Positions 1-13,000 of a DNA stretch of 64,000 nt are shown one piece after another. The position numbers and the translations under genes are program-made. Source of the stretch: Rhynchobatus australiae (lineage: Eukaryota). The notes beneath the pieces were generated by a model that did no database searches, was not told the origin of the DNA, and saw only the letters and a program-made list of their open reading frames with translations. The stretch is from contig JAUZTB010000064.1 of assembly GCA_034780895.1 (NCBI GenBank), forward strand, positions 26,885,074 through 26,949,073, in the 5' to 3' direction. Position 1 is the stretch's first letter, and each line of letters begins with the position of its first letter.

Positions 1-403
1 TGAGGGAACTTGGCCTTTTCTCCTTGGAGCTATGAGGATGGGGGGGGGGGGGGAAACCTGATAGAGGTAAATAAGGTGATGAGAGGCATTGATCGGGTGG
101 ATAGTCAGAGGCTTTTCCCCAGGTAAAAATGGTGGCCACATGAGGACATAGGTTTAAGGTGCTGGGGAGTAGGTACAGAGGAGATGTCAGGGGTAAGCTT
201 TTTTACTCAGAGAGTGGTGAGTGTGTGGAATGGGCTGCCGGCAATGATGATGGAGGTGGATACGACAGGGTCTTTTAAGAGACTGTCGGATACGTACATG
301 GAGCTGAGAGGGCTATGAGTAAGCCTAGTAATTTCTAGGGTAGGGACATGTTTGGCACGGCTTTGTGGGCCGAAGGGCCTGAATTGTGCTGTAGGTTTTC
401 TAT
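1..403 (+). mobile_element. CR1-type LINE 3' end (decayed)
   Basis: CR1 ORF2 C-terminal/3' UTR sequence ggccttttctccttggagc...gagagtggtgagtgtgtggaatgggctgcc...gggccgaagggcctgaattgtgctgtaggttttctatg. Similar to other copies in the window. Confidence 0.85.
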
Positions 404-1084
404 GGACAATTAAGAGAGAAAGTGAACAAACAGTATGAATTAAGAACTGTTACAGAGCGAGAACAAAAGCAAAGGAATGTAAAAAGTTGCGAAGTACAGG
501 GCTGAAGGAGATGCCGAGCAGGTCAAGCTGTGCTAATGGAGCAAAACACTGAGCCAATATCACAGATGGATGATTTCAGTAGGAATGGCCAAATCCGATA
601 CAAACAGAGAAAGGGGGTTGGCTACCTGACGTTGTAGAATTTGATACTGACTCAAATTCAGTAGGTGGATCAGGAGTGAAAAGTGAACAGGGACAGAGGG
701 GGAGCAGTTACCAGAAGTTGGAGATAAACTGGGAGAATGGAATGGAGTCCTTTACATGACTTGTGCTTGTAGTGGTTGTTTACTGCAGACCTATCCCTTG
801 AGATGGAGACAGAGGGATCCAGTTAGGGAAGAGTCAGATGGACCATTTGAAGGTAACAGCAAGGAGGAAACTGGCATCAAAAGAAATGAAATTTTCAGTT
901 CTGACTTGCACCAATGCAGTCATCGATGTACCTGTCACTAGTTTTTACCATCTGCTAATATGGCTAAATTTATGGTTATGCTATTACAAAACCAGGATTG
1001 CATGCTGCCTTTTCATGCTTATATACACAGGCACTGTTAGTCTGCACAAGCACATTAGAACCTAAACATTTGGACTCTGTTGCT

Positions 1085-1380
1085 GCAGGTAATAGCTATT
1101 GTGTGACTAAGCTACCCAGACCTGGTAGGCTCCAATTTCAATCCCTTGAATGTACTGGCTGATCCCAGTTGGCACAACAGTAGTTTTGAGGTAGGGGAGG
1201 TGGACAAATGCAGGAGTCATCACTCCAGATCATATCCAGTGACTGATGCATTGTAAACATGGTGCACATGTGTGGAGAAGATAGTAGTCTGTGGTGATGT
1301 TATTAACAATTGAATCATCTGCCATTATTCACTACACAAATAAAATGATGGCCACTTTGATCAGGTATTGTAAAGTAGTC
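1085..1380 (+). mobile_element. Old tRNA-derived SINE-like fragment
   Basis: Degenerate tRNA-like head followed by gctgatcccag. Resembles the reverse complement of 15680-15850. Confidence 0.35.
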
Positions 1381-2504
1381 GATTGAATTTGCACGTTAAC
1401 CTGCAAATCAACTGCTTCTGAAGAATGGCAAAAATAAACATTATTTTATTTCTTGAGAGTCAATGAACATTTAGTGTAATTATTTTCACGAATTATGTTC
1501 GTAAAGCAAATTATGTTGTGCAACCAATCATGAGAATGATTTGTTGCCATGTATAAACAACACATATGGGTCTGTACAGCTTAGTCATACAATTGTTATT
1601 ACCTGAAGCTACAGTGCTTTTGTTGAACGAATACTTAGGTTTCAATGTGCTTGGGTAGATTAACAATGCTTTTACTGAGCATGGAACTTAAGTGGCATGA
1701 GATGTTGGTTTTCTAATAGTTATGTAAAGATGCAATGGAAGTATCTTTTGACTGATGAAATTGCTTTTATTAAACAGCTTTTGTGCAATTATTTCACATG
1801 CATTGGTGTCTACGACTGCTAGGTTACATCATTTATGAGTTTAGGAGTAATTACATAAACTGTGTAAATTGGATATGAGGTAGTGTCTAAGACCAATTCA
1901 CGACCCGACAAGTCCCAAGAATGAACTGCTGAATATATTTGTTCAACACAGTGAGGTGAGATCATATATAGTCTCTCAGTGAATCGATAATCCATTTTAA
2001 TATGGCCAGTTTTTTTTCCAACGTCACTCTCTTGGTGAAGATCAGTTTTTATCCAAAAATTTCTCATTTTTTCCTCTCCAAGTTCAGGAGAGGAGGGATC
2101 AAAAATTTGGAGCCCTGCAGTTTAGAAGAAGGGGGAATGGATCAGGACTAGCTGAGGAGGGTGGGGTGATGCAGTGGGAAAGAGTGGAGAGGCCAAGAGC
2201 AGGAATAGGGACACAGCATTGGTGGTAAGCAGGTCAGTGAAATCTAACTCGACAACCTATCTGGACCAGTCACACTAGCCAAGGATGAATGCACCCCGTA
2301 CCACCTTCGAGTTCAGCTGCAATGTTCTACAAGGTGCACTACAAGGGGAATAATGTTGTCCCATGTTGCCCTGACATGGAAATTACACAAGAGGTGCAAG
2401 GGTGACTCATGCCCATAAGAATTCTCAGAGTGACAGGAAAGGATTATCGCTTTCACTCTTGGGGGTGGGTTGTGTCAGTTGCATCTGGTTGTGCAATTGA
2501 TTTT

Positions 2505-2896
2505 CTTTCTTTAAATTTCTAAAATAGACTTTATTCATAATAAATATATAAAAAGGAAGAAACAGTGCAAAAATCTTTTACATTCATGGTCAGCAGCGTA
2601 AACTTTCAAAGACATAAAACACAAACAAACATAGCACCATTGCCACTCATGTGGCTCCCTGAGGTTATACCCCTTTCATTGTTTGAGGGGCTTTCCCACT
2701 CTGCCCCTCCATGTGTGGTAGCAGAAGGGGCCTATACTGTGGTCCTACCCCACAGAGCCTTAGTATTGGCTGCACCGAGCCTCAGTGCATCTTTCAGCAT
2801 GTACTCCTGCAGCCTAGATTGTACCAGTATGTAGCATTCCCTTATAGTCATCTTGCTGTTCTGGAAGACCAACAAGTTTCAGGTAGACCAAAGGGC
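2505..2896 (-). mobile_element. Tx1/L1-like non-LTR retrotransposon 3' end
   Basis: Minus 2896-2732 reads ALWST*NLLVFQNSKMTIRECYILVQSRLQEYMLKDALRLGAANTKALWGRTTV*, resembling the ORF2 C-terminus of fish/shark Tx1-like elements. A 3' UTR with AATAAA and an A-rich tail follows. Confidence 0.7.
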
Positions 2897-4964
2897 AGCC
2901 AATCTCAATGAATGCCGAGTAGGCACTCTGGACCTGATTTTTCCTCCCTCATCCAGAATAACAATGAAATTGTGGTGACACTGTCATTGTCAGCTAAAAT
3001 CAGCTTTCCTCAGTACACATCAGATGTACTATTATTTCTAAAATAACTTGATCCAAGTGACACACTAATCATGAAGACATTTCATTTATTTCATACAATT
3101 CTTTCCCATTTCAAAGAAAGTCAATAAATCATGAAGAAAATTGTAAAAAAGGAGTTGGCTACTGATATTTGTCTTTATGGTCAAATTTGTCAGTTTACAT
3201 ATTAAAGTCACTACAAATTGATCTTGATTATGGATCCTAAAAGCTCAATGGAACAGATTTGACATGGAATTTAGCAAAAGATTCTCTCATGGCCTGAATA
3301 TTACTGCCTTCTGATTACTGTGATTTTTCTCAAAAAGCTCAACAACTTGATCATAACAGTTGTACACTCTCCTATCTCAAAAATCAAAAACCTTAATCTC
3401 AAAGGTTGTTATCCCTGGACAAAATAAAATCATTCAATAATAGTTGCTCCATTTACTGAATGAGCTTCCAATCTTTTAAGAAATAATCTAAACATGATAT
3501 AGATCTATGATATTCCATGCAAATGATTTAGCTGTTTTCAGAAGTTGATAAATTCAGAAGAGTGCATTGGGGAACTGAGGGAGCAGCAGCACAGCCAAAG
3601 CACCAAAATCAACTATCCAGTGAAGATTTCTCACGCCTTTCATCACCAACCTCACAGCATAATAATGTAGCAGTAAATGACAAATTAGCAGTTATCATCA
3701 CTCTGTCATGTGGATGGGCTAGATATTCACACCTTTTTTCCTCTCAACAGAAGCTTGTGCTAGGCAAAGATCCTTGGACCATTGGCAGGACCTCAACACT
3801 TTGACCATGGGGCAACTAGTCCTGTGAATCTAGATGGTGAAATTCAGCAAAAGTTTACTGTCTGCTTTCATGTTGAGGATCCAGCCCAAAAAAGTTCTTT
3901 TAAAGCTTGCATAGCCACTGCACTAAGAGGAACTGTAGCACTTCGACCAGCTTGTATTCGGCTAACTTGTTACAAATGAAGGAACACTAGATCTTCTCAG
4001 TACAACTTGGTACCATGCAAAAAGCATCATTTACTCACTGTCATCTCACGGGAGCTGAAACACATCTAAAGTTGTACAAGGACTACTAATGATCAACTGG
4101 GCTTGGCTTTAATTCTATGTCACCAGAGATATATCCTACAATAGTCAACAGACCGCATCTGTAGACTACCATAGAGGAGGGTTTGACATAAAAGAGCATT
4201 CATTGGCTATCATATCATTGCTTCTCTTTAATTCTGAGCAATTAAAGTAAACAATGTTCTAACATACTGAAAATGATAAACTATGTCACAATTGCCATGG
4301 TGCTGGCAGCTATGATTTCCATTTTCACATTAATATGTTCAGTATTCTTGGACAAAAACAGCCTCTGGTGGCATGATCATTCCTAATTGCTAATAAAAAC
4401 AGCACATTTAATGCCTTATCAAGAGGAAATTTGATAAATGTCATCTAATTGGTTATTCAAAGATTTCTGTTAAGGATGCTTTATACTTATTGTTGGCCAA
4501 CAGATGCTCAATTTAATACCTATGATTAAAAACAACGGCAAAAAACATGTTAATTTATCTTTTCAATTTCATAATATATTAGGTGTTCATAAAATATGTT
4601 AAGAGATTTGTTTAATTCCTTAGTCTTGGAAGAATTCAAAAGCGAGATCTGAAAGGTAAGAGGCAGTATACAAACCTACTCTGGCATTATTTAATATTAA
4701 TTTCTATGTATATTTCCACAAAATCTCCCCAGCAACCATTTCTGTGCTTGCCACTACGAGGTATACCCCCAAAGTAGGTAGGTTGTTTCAGTCAGCGTTA
4801 ATTAACCATGAGTGTTCTTGAGTAATGAGGCAATTTCCCACAGCAATACTCTTTTGGCAATGGTTGTTTTAAAATAAACTCTGATTTCTTTTTTTTGCTA
4901 ATACTCCCCTTCTGTCCCTCTCTTTCTCTATATGGCTCTTATTGTTACTATTTTCCAGTTTAAC

Positions 4965-5266
4965 ATAACAACGTAAGAAATAAAAACATGCTTGCTCCAC
5001 CATTCAATGGCTGACCTTTTACTTCAGCAACACATTCCTGCACTAGTCCTATACTCCTTGATTCCTTTAATGTCCAAAAATCTATTGAACTTGGTCTTGA
5101 ATATACTCAGTGATTTAGCCTCTGCAACCCTCTTGAATAGTGAATTGCAAAGATCTCTCATGAATGGCCAGAATATTACTTTGAGTTTGTGATCCCTTGT
5201 TGTAGACATCCCAGACACAGAAAACTTCAAATCCATACCTAGCTTGTTAAGCTCTGAGAGCTCCAT
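4965..5266 (-). mobile_element. CR1 LINE 3' fragment
   Basis: ORF 5024..5266 contains RDLCNSLFKRVAEAKSLSIFKTKFNRFLDIKGIKEY, the CR1 ORF2 C-terminal motif. Confidence 0.8.
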
Positions 5267-5469
5267 GTAATTTCATTGTATTATTTGGCTGGAAGCTGTT
5301 TTGATTAATACCGGGTTATTTTAATATGAATTTTTTGTGGAACTTCTGAGGGCTTTATCTTCATCTGAGGCAGAGTATTGAATCCACTAAGCACCATAGA
5401 GCCAAACATCACCACCTTTTTGGATACAGCACAGGCTTGGATACAAGGAATGGAGTGGGATCATGAACT

Positions 5470-6950
5470 GGGTAAAGGTATCAGAGATTTTTCTTCTGTG
5501 AAATGGCTATTTAGCCCCTCAAACTTGTTTTGCAATTCACTAAGACAATGGCTGATCTGTGACCCAACTCACTTACCTGCCTACTCTCTTAATTAAAAAA
5601 AGTTATTAAACAATTATCGATCTCCAATTTAAAATTAATTGACCTGGCATCTATTTGAAGAGACATTCAAATTTCTACCATCAATTGTAGAAGTATTTCT
5701 CAAATGTAATTCCTTTTTGGCCTGTCTCGGATTTCCTCCCAGCCCGACTCTCCAACCAGCAGAAGTAGTTTTATTCTATGTATCCTATCAGTTACCATTA
5801 AAATCTTAAAAACTTTAATCATATTACCTATAACCTTTTAAATTGAAGGAAGATAACACTGCTTTTTGTAATCTTTTCTCATAATCCTGGGAGTCCAATC
5901 TTCACTCTAATCTACACTGGACACCCGTGGTGGTCAAGACTGTTCAAAATATTCAAGGACTGCTCTAACCAGGGTCATGTATAAGTGCAGCATAACACTT
6001 TAAATTCCAAACATCTAGATATAAAGTTCAGCATTATGTTGGCATTTTCTTTGTACATGTACCCATAACATTTCAATGACTTATATACATGGACACTAAG
6101 ACTCTTTAGACTCCCAAAGCTTCCAGCATTTAGAAAATACTTGGGTCTATCCCTTCTGGAAGTATGTTGTAAGACATCACATTTGCTTCCTTAGAAATCT
6201 GCCAATTTTCTCAATCTTTGTGATTCAATGCTTCTATCTACATTGCTTACAGTGTCACTTTAACTTTGTGCTATTGGTCAGCTGGGCGATAATCAATCCC
6301 AAATACCAGCATCCGCAGTCTTTTGTTAAGTCCTTTACAAATCAGGTTAATAATTATGGTCCCAACACAGATCATGATATGACTTGTCTCCTTCTGCCAA
6401 TCTGAGTACCCGTGTATTGTCCCTGTTTCTTGCCATCTAACCATTTGTCTAGTCAAGTCAATAATCAGTCTTCAGTTCTATAAGCTTCAAATTTAGCTAA
6501 TTGTCCTTCACAAGCTACTTTATCAAGGAACTATACAATTAACAGTCCCATGTTCAACACTTTTGTCACTTTTTTAACAATTCAGGTTATGTTTATCAGG
6601 CACGATCACTCTTTACAAAGTCATGCAAGCTCTTTGACAAAATTAATTTTTTTATGCTGCTTAGTGACTTTATCCCAGTTAACTATCAACTCTAGAAATT
6701 TTCTAACACAGATGCTCGACCAACTTGGCTATAATTCCTTGATTTTGTCTAACACTATTCTTAACTGTTGAAGTGATATGCATATTTTTCCAAACTAAGG
6801 GAACAGTTCTCAAAACTAGAGAACTTTAGATTATAGTTACAGCTTCTGTACAGTTATCACCTACTTCCTTTAAAACCCATGACTGAAAATCATTTGGTCC
6901 TGGAAATTTATCTCTTTGAAGCCATCATTTTCTTCATTTCTTACATGGCA
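5470..6950 (-). mobile_element. Old, highly decayed CR1-like LINE
   Basis: Reverse-strand CR1-like 3' UTR at 5470-5800 and RT-region remnants at 6250-6900. Confidence 0.55.
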
Positions 6951-6989
6951 AGGGAATTTATACTAGACAATGTACATGTCCAGCAAGAC

Positions 6990-7500
6990 AGTACCTAAAT
7001 ATATACCCTTGTCACCAAACACCACAGCTTCAACATCCTGGGGTTCACCATTGATGAGAAGATCAATTTGATCAGCCATCTCAACAGGTATTATATGGTG
7101 AATGACTCACCTCCTGGTAGCCTAAAGCCTTTCCACAATCTACAAGTCTGGAGCATAATGGAATAACCCCTACTTCCCTGTGTCAGTGCAGTTCCAACAA
7201 CACTCAAGAAATCTGACACCATCCTGGATAAAACACCCATTGAAACACCCTAAAAATACATTCATTCCCATGCCACAGGTGCACAGTGACTACTGTGTGC
7301 ACATTTAACAAAATACAATGTACTTTCTTGACTGTGCTATTGTGACAACCAAATCCATGACTCTTACTGCCAAGAAGAACATGGGCTTCAGATGTATGGA
7401 ATCATCACCAGCAGCAACAGCAGCACCACCCCTTCTCAGGGGCAATCAAGGATGAGCAACAAATGCTGGCCTTGCCAGCAACATTCAGTCTACAAAAAAT
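6990..7500 (+). mobile_element. Decayed CR1/L2-group LINE 3' portion
   Basis: aacatcctggggttcaccattgatgagaag... and tail gggcaatcaaggatgagcaacaaatgctggccttgccagc. A related tail occurs in reverse near 36350-36490. Confidence 0.55.
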
Positions 7501-8069
7501 GTATACACGAAAAAAGGTTGGTTTGCTTATGTCAATTTTGGTGAGTTCATATAACTGAAAATATTAGTTCTTAGTTTATTATCCTCTTCCTCTCGTGTCA
7601 ATACCAATATGTCTGTCATTTTATTATTTTCATTCATTCAAATGAAATTATCTACTTTTAAAATTACCTCTTTGAAATTATCTATTTTATCAATTGCTTC
7701 TGACCACCCAAATAATTCTGAACATTTGTGTTTATTTCAATGCACCTTAGATTTCTTTCCATGCCTCGTTCACATAGATTTAGCTATCTGCTCTATCACA
7801 TTTTGCTGTGCTCTGCATTTCTGAGCTTGTTTTTGCTTGTTTGTACACTTTTTCCATTTATTTTTCTGCTGTTCCTTTCCTTTTTAGTCCTCCCTTGTTT
7901 TTTTTTCCGCCAGTAGAGCTTTTCCTCCAGTGTTTTGCAGAAAGTTTGTTTTAGAATACTTCCCTCTGCTCAGCTGTAGTTTTACCCATAAGCTGATTTG
8001 CCCAGTTTAGCTTGGACTTCCTCTGTGACAGAATGTGGAAGTCAACCATACCTAGAATCTCAAATATGC

Positions 8070-8252
8070 TGCCAGAGTAGATGGTGGAATCAGATACAAA
8101 TCCTAGTTTGAGACATTGAGGCAGACACCTAAATAGGCAAGGCTTTCAAGGATACAGTTCTAATATGTCAAATGAGATTAGTGTAGATGGGCAAAAAAGT
8201 TAGTTTGGATGTGGTGGACCAAAGGGCTCATTTCTGTGCTGTATAACTCTAT
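8070..8252 (+). mobile_element. CR1 3' tail fragment
   Basis: ggatgtggtggaccaaagggctcatttctgtgctgtataactctatg matches the CR1 tail seen elsewhere in the window. Confidence 0.6.
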
Positions 8253-8945
8253 GATCACTGGGCTTGTTAATTACAATGTAGGTTATTATTCTTTATTCAA
8301 TCTAATATAGACTCATTCCTTGTTGATTCTAGGATAAATTGTTGCAGGAAAACTATCCTGCACACACTCCAAAAAGAAACCAGCCTTTATTCCATTTTTG
8401 TCTCAGAGTCATAGAGTAATACAGCATGGAAACAGGCCCTTTGTCATATCACAGCTACTATTGGGGTCCACAGATAATTTCCAAAAGAGTTTTAAATTTT
8501 CTACTTTTTAATTCCCCATTGTCTTCAAACCTCTTACTATATCCTTTCTCAACAATAAGGTAATTTCATCCTCAATCACTGGGGCTTCCCCTTTTTACTA
8601 TTTTCCCCACAAGCCTTATAACTTGCCATATTTAATTCTCAGTGCTGACCACCTCAGTGTCACATTGGAGTAGTGACTGACTCAGTGCTTTGAGAATGGG
8701 CAAAGACAAAACCAGCACTGAATTAGGAAAATGCAGAGCAAAGGTGTTTTGACTGGGAGAGAAGAGCTCGTCTGTTTCCACCTGCAAATCATCATGTTAT
8801 TGTGGATGGGGGAAAGAAAAGGAAAGTGGGTTTATCCTGAGATGCAATGGGAAATGTGCAGAGAAAAATGTGTGATTTTAGTTTGTGTTAATTATATCAT
8901 GTCATAGTTATTTTTAATTATATAATCATACTGTAAGGATGGTTA

Positions 8946-8991
8946 GGAATTATAATGGAGGCCGTTTTCATTGGAATTATAATGGAGGCCG
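8946..8991. repeat. Direct repeat of ggaattataatggaggccg (19 bp x2, 27-bp period)
   Basis: Exact copies at 8946-8964 and 8973-8991. Confidence 0.9.
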
Positions 8992-9504
8992 GAAAACATT
9001 GAAGATTGTAAATGGTCACTTTGCAACAAAGCCAATCAGAAACAACAGGAATAATACGGTATTTGCTTTGTTTCTGACTGAATGGATATTATATTGGCTG
9101 ATGTTGTGCAGGATGGGCACTGAGTTCTGATTTTGAAATCTATTGGCAAAAATATTTATACATCGATACGTGCATAAGGTGGGGTCAAACAGGGTCACAA
9201 ACCAATACATGCCAATAACCATTTTCAAGAATATGCAGAATGGGAGGCTAATGATGCAAATGATAATTTGCACATATTTTTTCCGGAAGCTAGGAATTCC
9301 TGAATACACTCACACTTGACTGCCAAGGCACTGCGTTTACAATGGTAGATAACATAACTGAAAAGAGATTTTACACATCTATTTTAGCAGCACAGAGCCT
9401 TAAATAAACTTCATGTTTATTGTTCGGACTCAAGCTCAGATCTAGCTTGGATGGATATGATCAAAGCTTGCCCCTGTTCAGTGCTGCACAGAAAGAGTAG
9501 AAAA

Positions 9505-9778
9505 GGCGGCACGGTAGTGTAGTGGTTAGCGTAATGCTATTACAGCGTCAATGACCCAGGTTCAATTCTGGCCACTGTCTGTTTGGGTTCTCTCTGTGTC
9601 TGGGTGGGTTTCCTCCCACATTCCAAAGACTAATGGGTTAGGAGCTGTGGGTGTGCTAAGGTGGCATCAGAAGCATGGCGACACTTGCAGGCTGCTCCCA
9701 GGGCATTCTACTCAAAAAGATACATTTCACTGTGTGTTTGGATGTACATGTGACTAATAAAGAAATCTTATCTTAATC
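9505..9778 (+). mobile_element. tRNA-derived SINE of HE1/V-SINE type
   Basis: Head ggcggcacggtagtgtagtggttagc (A box), ggttcaattct (B box), V-domain-like gggtgggtttcctcccacattccaaagac, tail gatgtacatgtgactaataaagaaatcttatctt. Confidence 0.8.
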
Positions 9779-9834
9779 AAAATGAGTCTCAGCATAGTCC
9801 AGTGGTTATAGTCCAGAAATGTTCAAATAGACAC

Positions 9835-10020
9835 AAAAGGAAAACAGTAGAAATGCTAGATATTTGCAATAAAGACAGATACTACTACAATAACTCAACA
9901 GGTCACAGAGCAACAGGGTTCCAATGAAAGATCATCTACCTGAAATATTAATTTAGTTTCTCTCCCCACAGACACTCCCAGACCTACTGTGACCTTCCAA
10001 CATTTTCTGCTGTTGTACTT
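9835..10020. mobile_element. Old Penelope-like (PLE) terminal-repeat fragment, inverted arrangement
   Basis: Degenerate arms (aaatgctaga...aactcaacaggtc / tctctccccacagac...gacctactg...ccaacattttctg) with a decayed hammerhead-like core. Confidence 0.45.
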
Positions 10021-13000
10021 GCCCCAAGCATACCCCAAAGGTGGACAACCAGTGAGCTCTGACAGCTCACCAGTTATGAGGAGATCTGGCCAATTGCTAT
10101 AACAGTTCCATTAAATGACCAAATGCATCAGAAAGGAAATAGAAATAATACATTTGTATAGGAAGCTGCAGAAGGATGAAAGGTGATTTATTCTGGTTTT
10201 GCTGCATCAGACAGTGTTCTTCATACTGGCATCAGAGGCAAGAAGTGCAGTTATGTTTTATTCTTCTTCAATGCTATTTTGGAGAGGGCATCTCTCACAT
10301 TTACATTCATGAATCAAAATGGTGCCATACTAAATTCAGAAATTATTTTCCATACTTAACACAAATTTCTCACCAATTTTTGTAAATAAATTGTCAAGAG
10401 ATTTTTTTAAAATGTATTTTGAATATTTAAATATGCAGTGTTGGAATTTACCTCCTGGTAATTACTGAAGTTAGTGGCAGGGAATTCATTTGCACTAAAA
10501 TGTCTAATTTGGCAATGACAAACTCGCAACTCTCAAAAATACTCGCATGAAAGGCAGAAATGATAACAAAACTCAAGAAGAAGAAAAGCCAATGGAAGAA
10601 AACTACAAAAGGTTTCACAATAGATATGAGGGCATTACAAGCAATTGCTAAAGGAGGCTATTTGTTGGTTCTAGCTTTTCATAGCTGAGAAGAAAATCAT
10701 GTTGGGGAAACATAAATAAAATTTCCTTCAGATAAATGCTGCAGGTACAATGGGATAAGGAACTTGGTGCCAACTAAATTTATTAAGGTTCTGTCTACAT
10801 ACTTAACTTTTTGAGATCAGCATTTAAACATACCCTCTTGAGACAGGTACCTGTTAAGTTTACTGCAACATTCCTAACACCAAGTGCCTCTTTTTGTACT
10901 AAATGCTAGCATTAATAAATTCTATAGTGTGGGATAGTCTGTTTTTGCACTGTCAAAGGGGAATACACTCATTTGATTTCCTCTGTGTCTTATGAAACCA
11001 ATGAACTTTCTAGGGAAAGGCTGGCTTAGAAGAAAATAATTAGAGGGTTAGGTAGCCTAATGTACAAGTGGAGAAGGTATTTCAACAAAGGCAATGGTGG
11101 AGGCCTGGAAAGACTGTGTTTACTCAGGATCAAGGAATTGTACTTGGTGTATGAGGAAGTAGTAAATAAATGAGGAAAAATGATAACCTCAGGGGATGAA
11201 AGGTGTCTGCACAATATGTGCCATAGTTTAAAGAAATGACAGCACATTAAAATGTAGATTGTGACTCACACCTAAATAAAAGTATCTCCATATGTGTCAG
11301 CCCAGGATCTGTGAAACATTACATTGACACAAGTCTTTTAAATGCTGAAACACTTGAGCCATTTAAGACTGAAAACTTGAAGCAGTTTTGAACACTGAAG
11401 CACATTGTTTCTTCGGTGAAATTTCAAGAGGAAACCATCTTGTTAAGTGCTCTGGTAGATTTATTGGGAGTTGTGGAAATAAAGCAAGAACTTACAGATG
11501 GTTAATAAACACAATTAAAAGGGGGAAAATACTTTGAGCTCTTCCAGCATACTTGTCATTCTTGTTAAAGAAACAGCAGCCCTCCTAAACCTCATGTGAA
11601 TTGAGTCAGTCTGTGTAGGCTTTCCACTTGTTCCCAGGCACCTGCTTTAGTGATGACCTCAGCTCCCCTGTCTCAACTCAGACTGTCACCCAAACAGCTT
11701 TAAAAACAAAGCACAGCTGTTTCCCATCTCTAATGCAGAAAATCAGAGCAGACCAGAGAGCGACTTTTGTTTTAATACTGACCACTGCTCGCAGCTAGTT
11801 TGTCCTACTCTCAACAAAAAGTTATGCTTCAAGAAATCAAAGTAAAAAGATATTCACTTAATAAATACATTTCAATTCAATGACATCAAACTAAATGGTA
11901 AATAAAAACAGTATCTCTCTTTGTTTCAAGGATTTTCAAAGTATGTCCCTTTGTAAGTAATACTGCCAAAACATTAACTGGCGATTTAACTAAAGGGCCT
12001 TGTGTCCAATGGCTTCTGTATTTGCCTATGCAACAATTTTAAAGTAATCAACGGGCTTGATATACTTTGGTAGGACTTCATTAAAATGCAAAGTCCCAAA
12101 TCAATGTAAGCTCATTCTTTATCCAAGACAAACATTAGTTGAAATAAGGTTTATCATCCGGCAGATGCTTTTTCCTCAAAACTATGATCAGATGGGATTT
12201 ATTGAGAACAGCTTAAGATGCTGATAAACAGTCAATCTTTATCAGAATATCATCAGTAGTTTATGTACAAGGAAGCTGATAGGTTTGATGCCCTACCATT
12301 GTTCAGTAAGCTGAAACAATGTCCAAGTTGGTAAAAAAATTATACAACAAGTTACACAGTACCCAAAGAAAGGGGCAAAAGATAGCAAGAAAAATTGCTG
12401 CTTCTGAAGGTGCAAGTGTTTGTTGATTTTGGGCTGGATCACACCCAGGTGTGAAGCTGGTAGAGTCGAATAATCGGTCAGCACTGTCTAGAATTGCATA
12501 TAAAGAACATACACTGGAAGGCTGCAGGTGCTTGTAGAACAGTGGTTCAGTAAATAGCACTGTCAGGAGAGGAGGGCAGAGAAACTGAAAACAAAACCTC
12601 AAATAAAGCACAGGTACATTCTTTATTAAATAATAGTGGATTAGAGAAATAAAAGCCTTGAGATTTACATTTAAGCTACTTCCTATTTTATAACAGTAAT
12701 AATATGTAACAGTTTGATGAGTGTCAAAACTAATAGAGAGAGGGAGAGAGAGGGAGTGAACGAGAACACAGGAAAGGGAGAAATGAACATTGCATGTGAC
12801 AACTGTGTCTCACCACATCCATTCAGTCCACTATCCTGAGTCTCTTAAACACCAAGCAACACTGAAGCAGGCAGTGTTATTAAACATTAACAGCTATCCT
12901 AGCACCATGTAATTTGTTTCCTAAATATGTGCTGGGCTCTTCAGAATGAAGATTGTGATGAGAGAGCCTGGTTTTATAAAGCTAAATAAAATTCTTTTGT

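Noticed and set aside
9505-9580. tRNA gene
   Set aside because: A and B boxes are present but run into SINE body and tail, and there is no intact cloverleaf.
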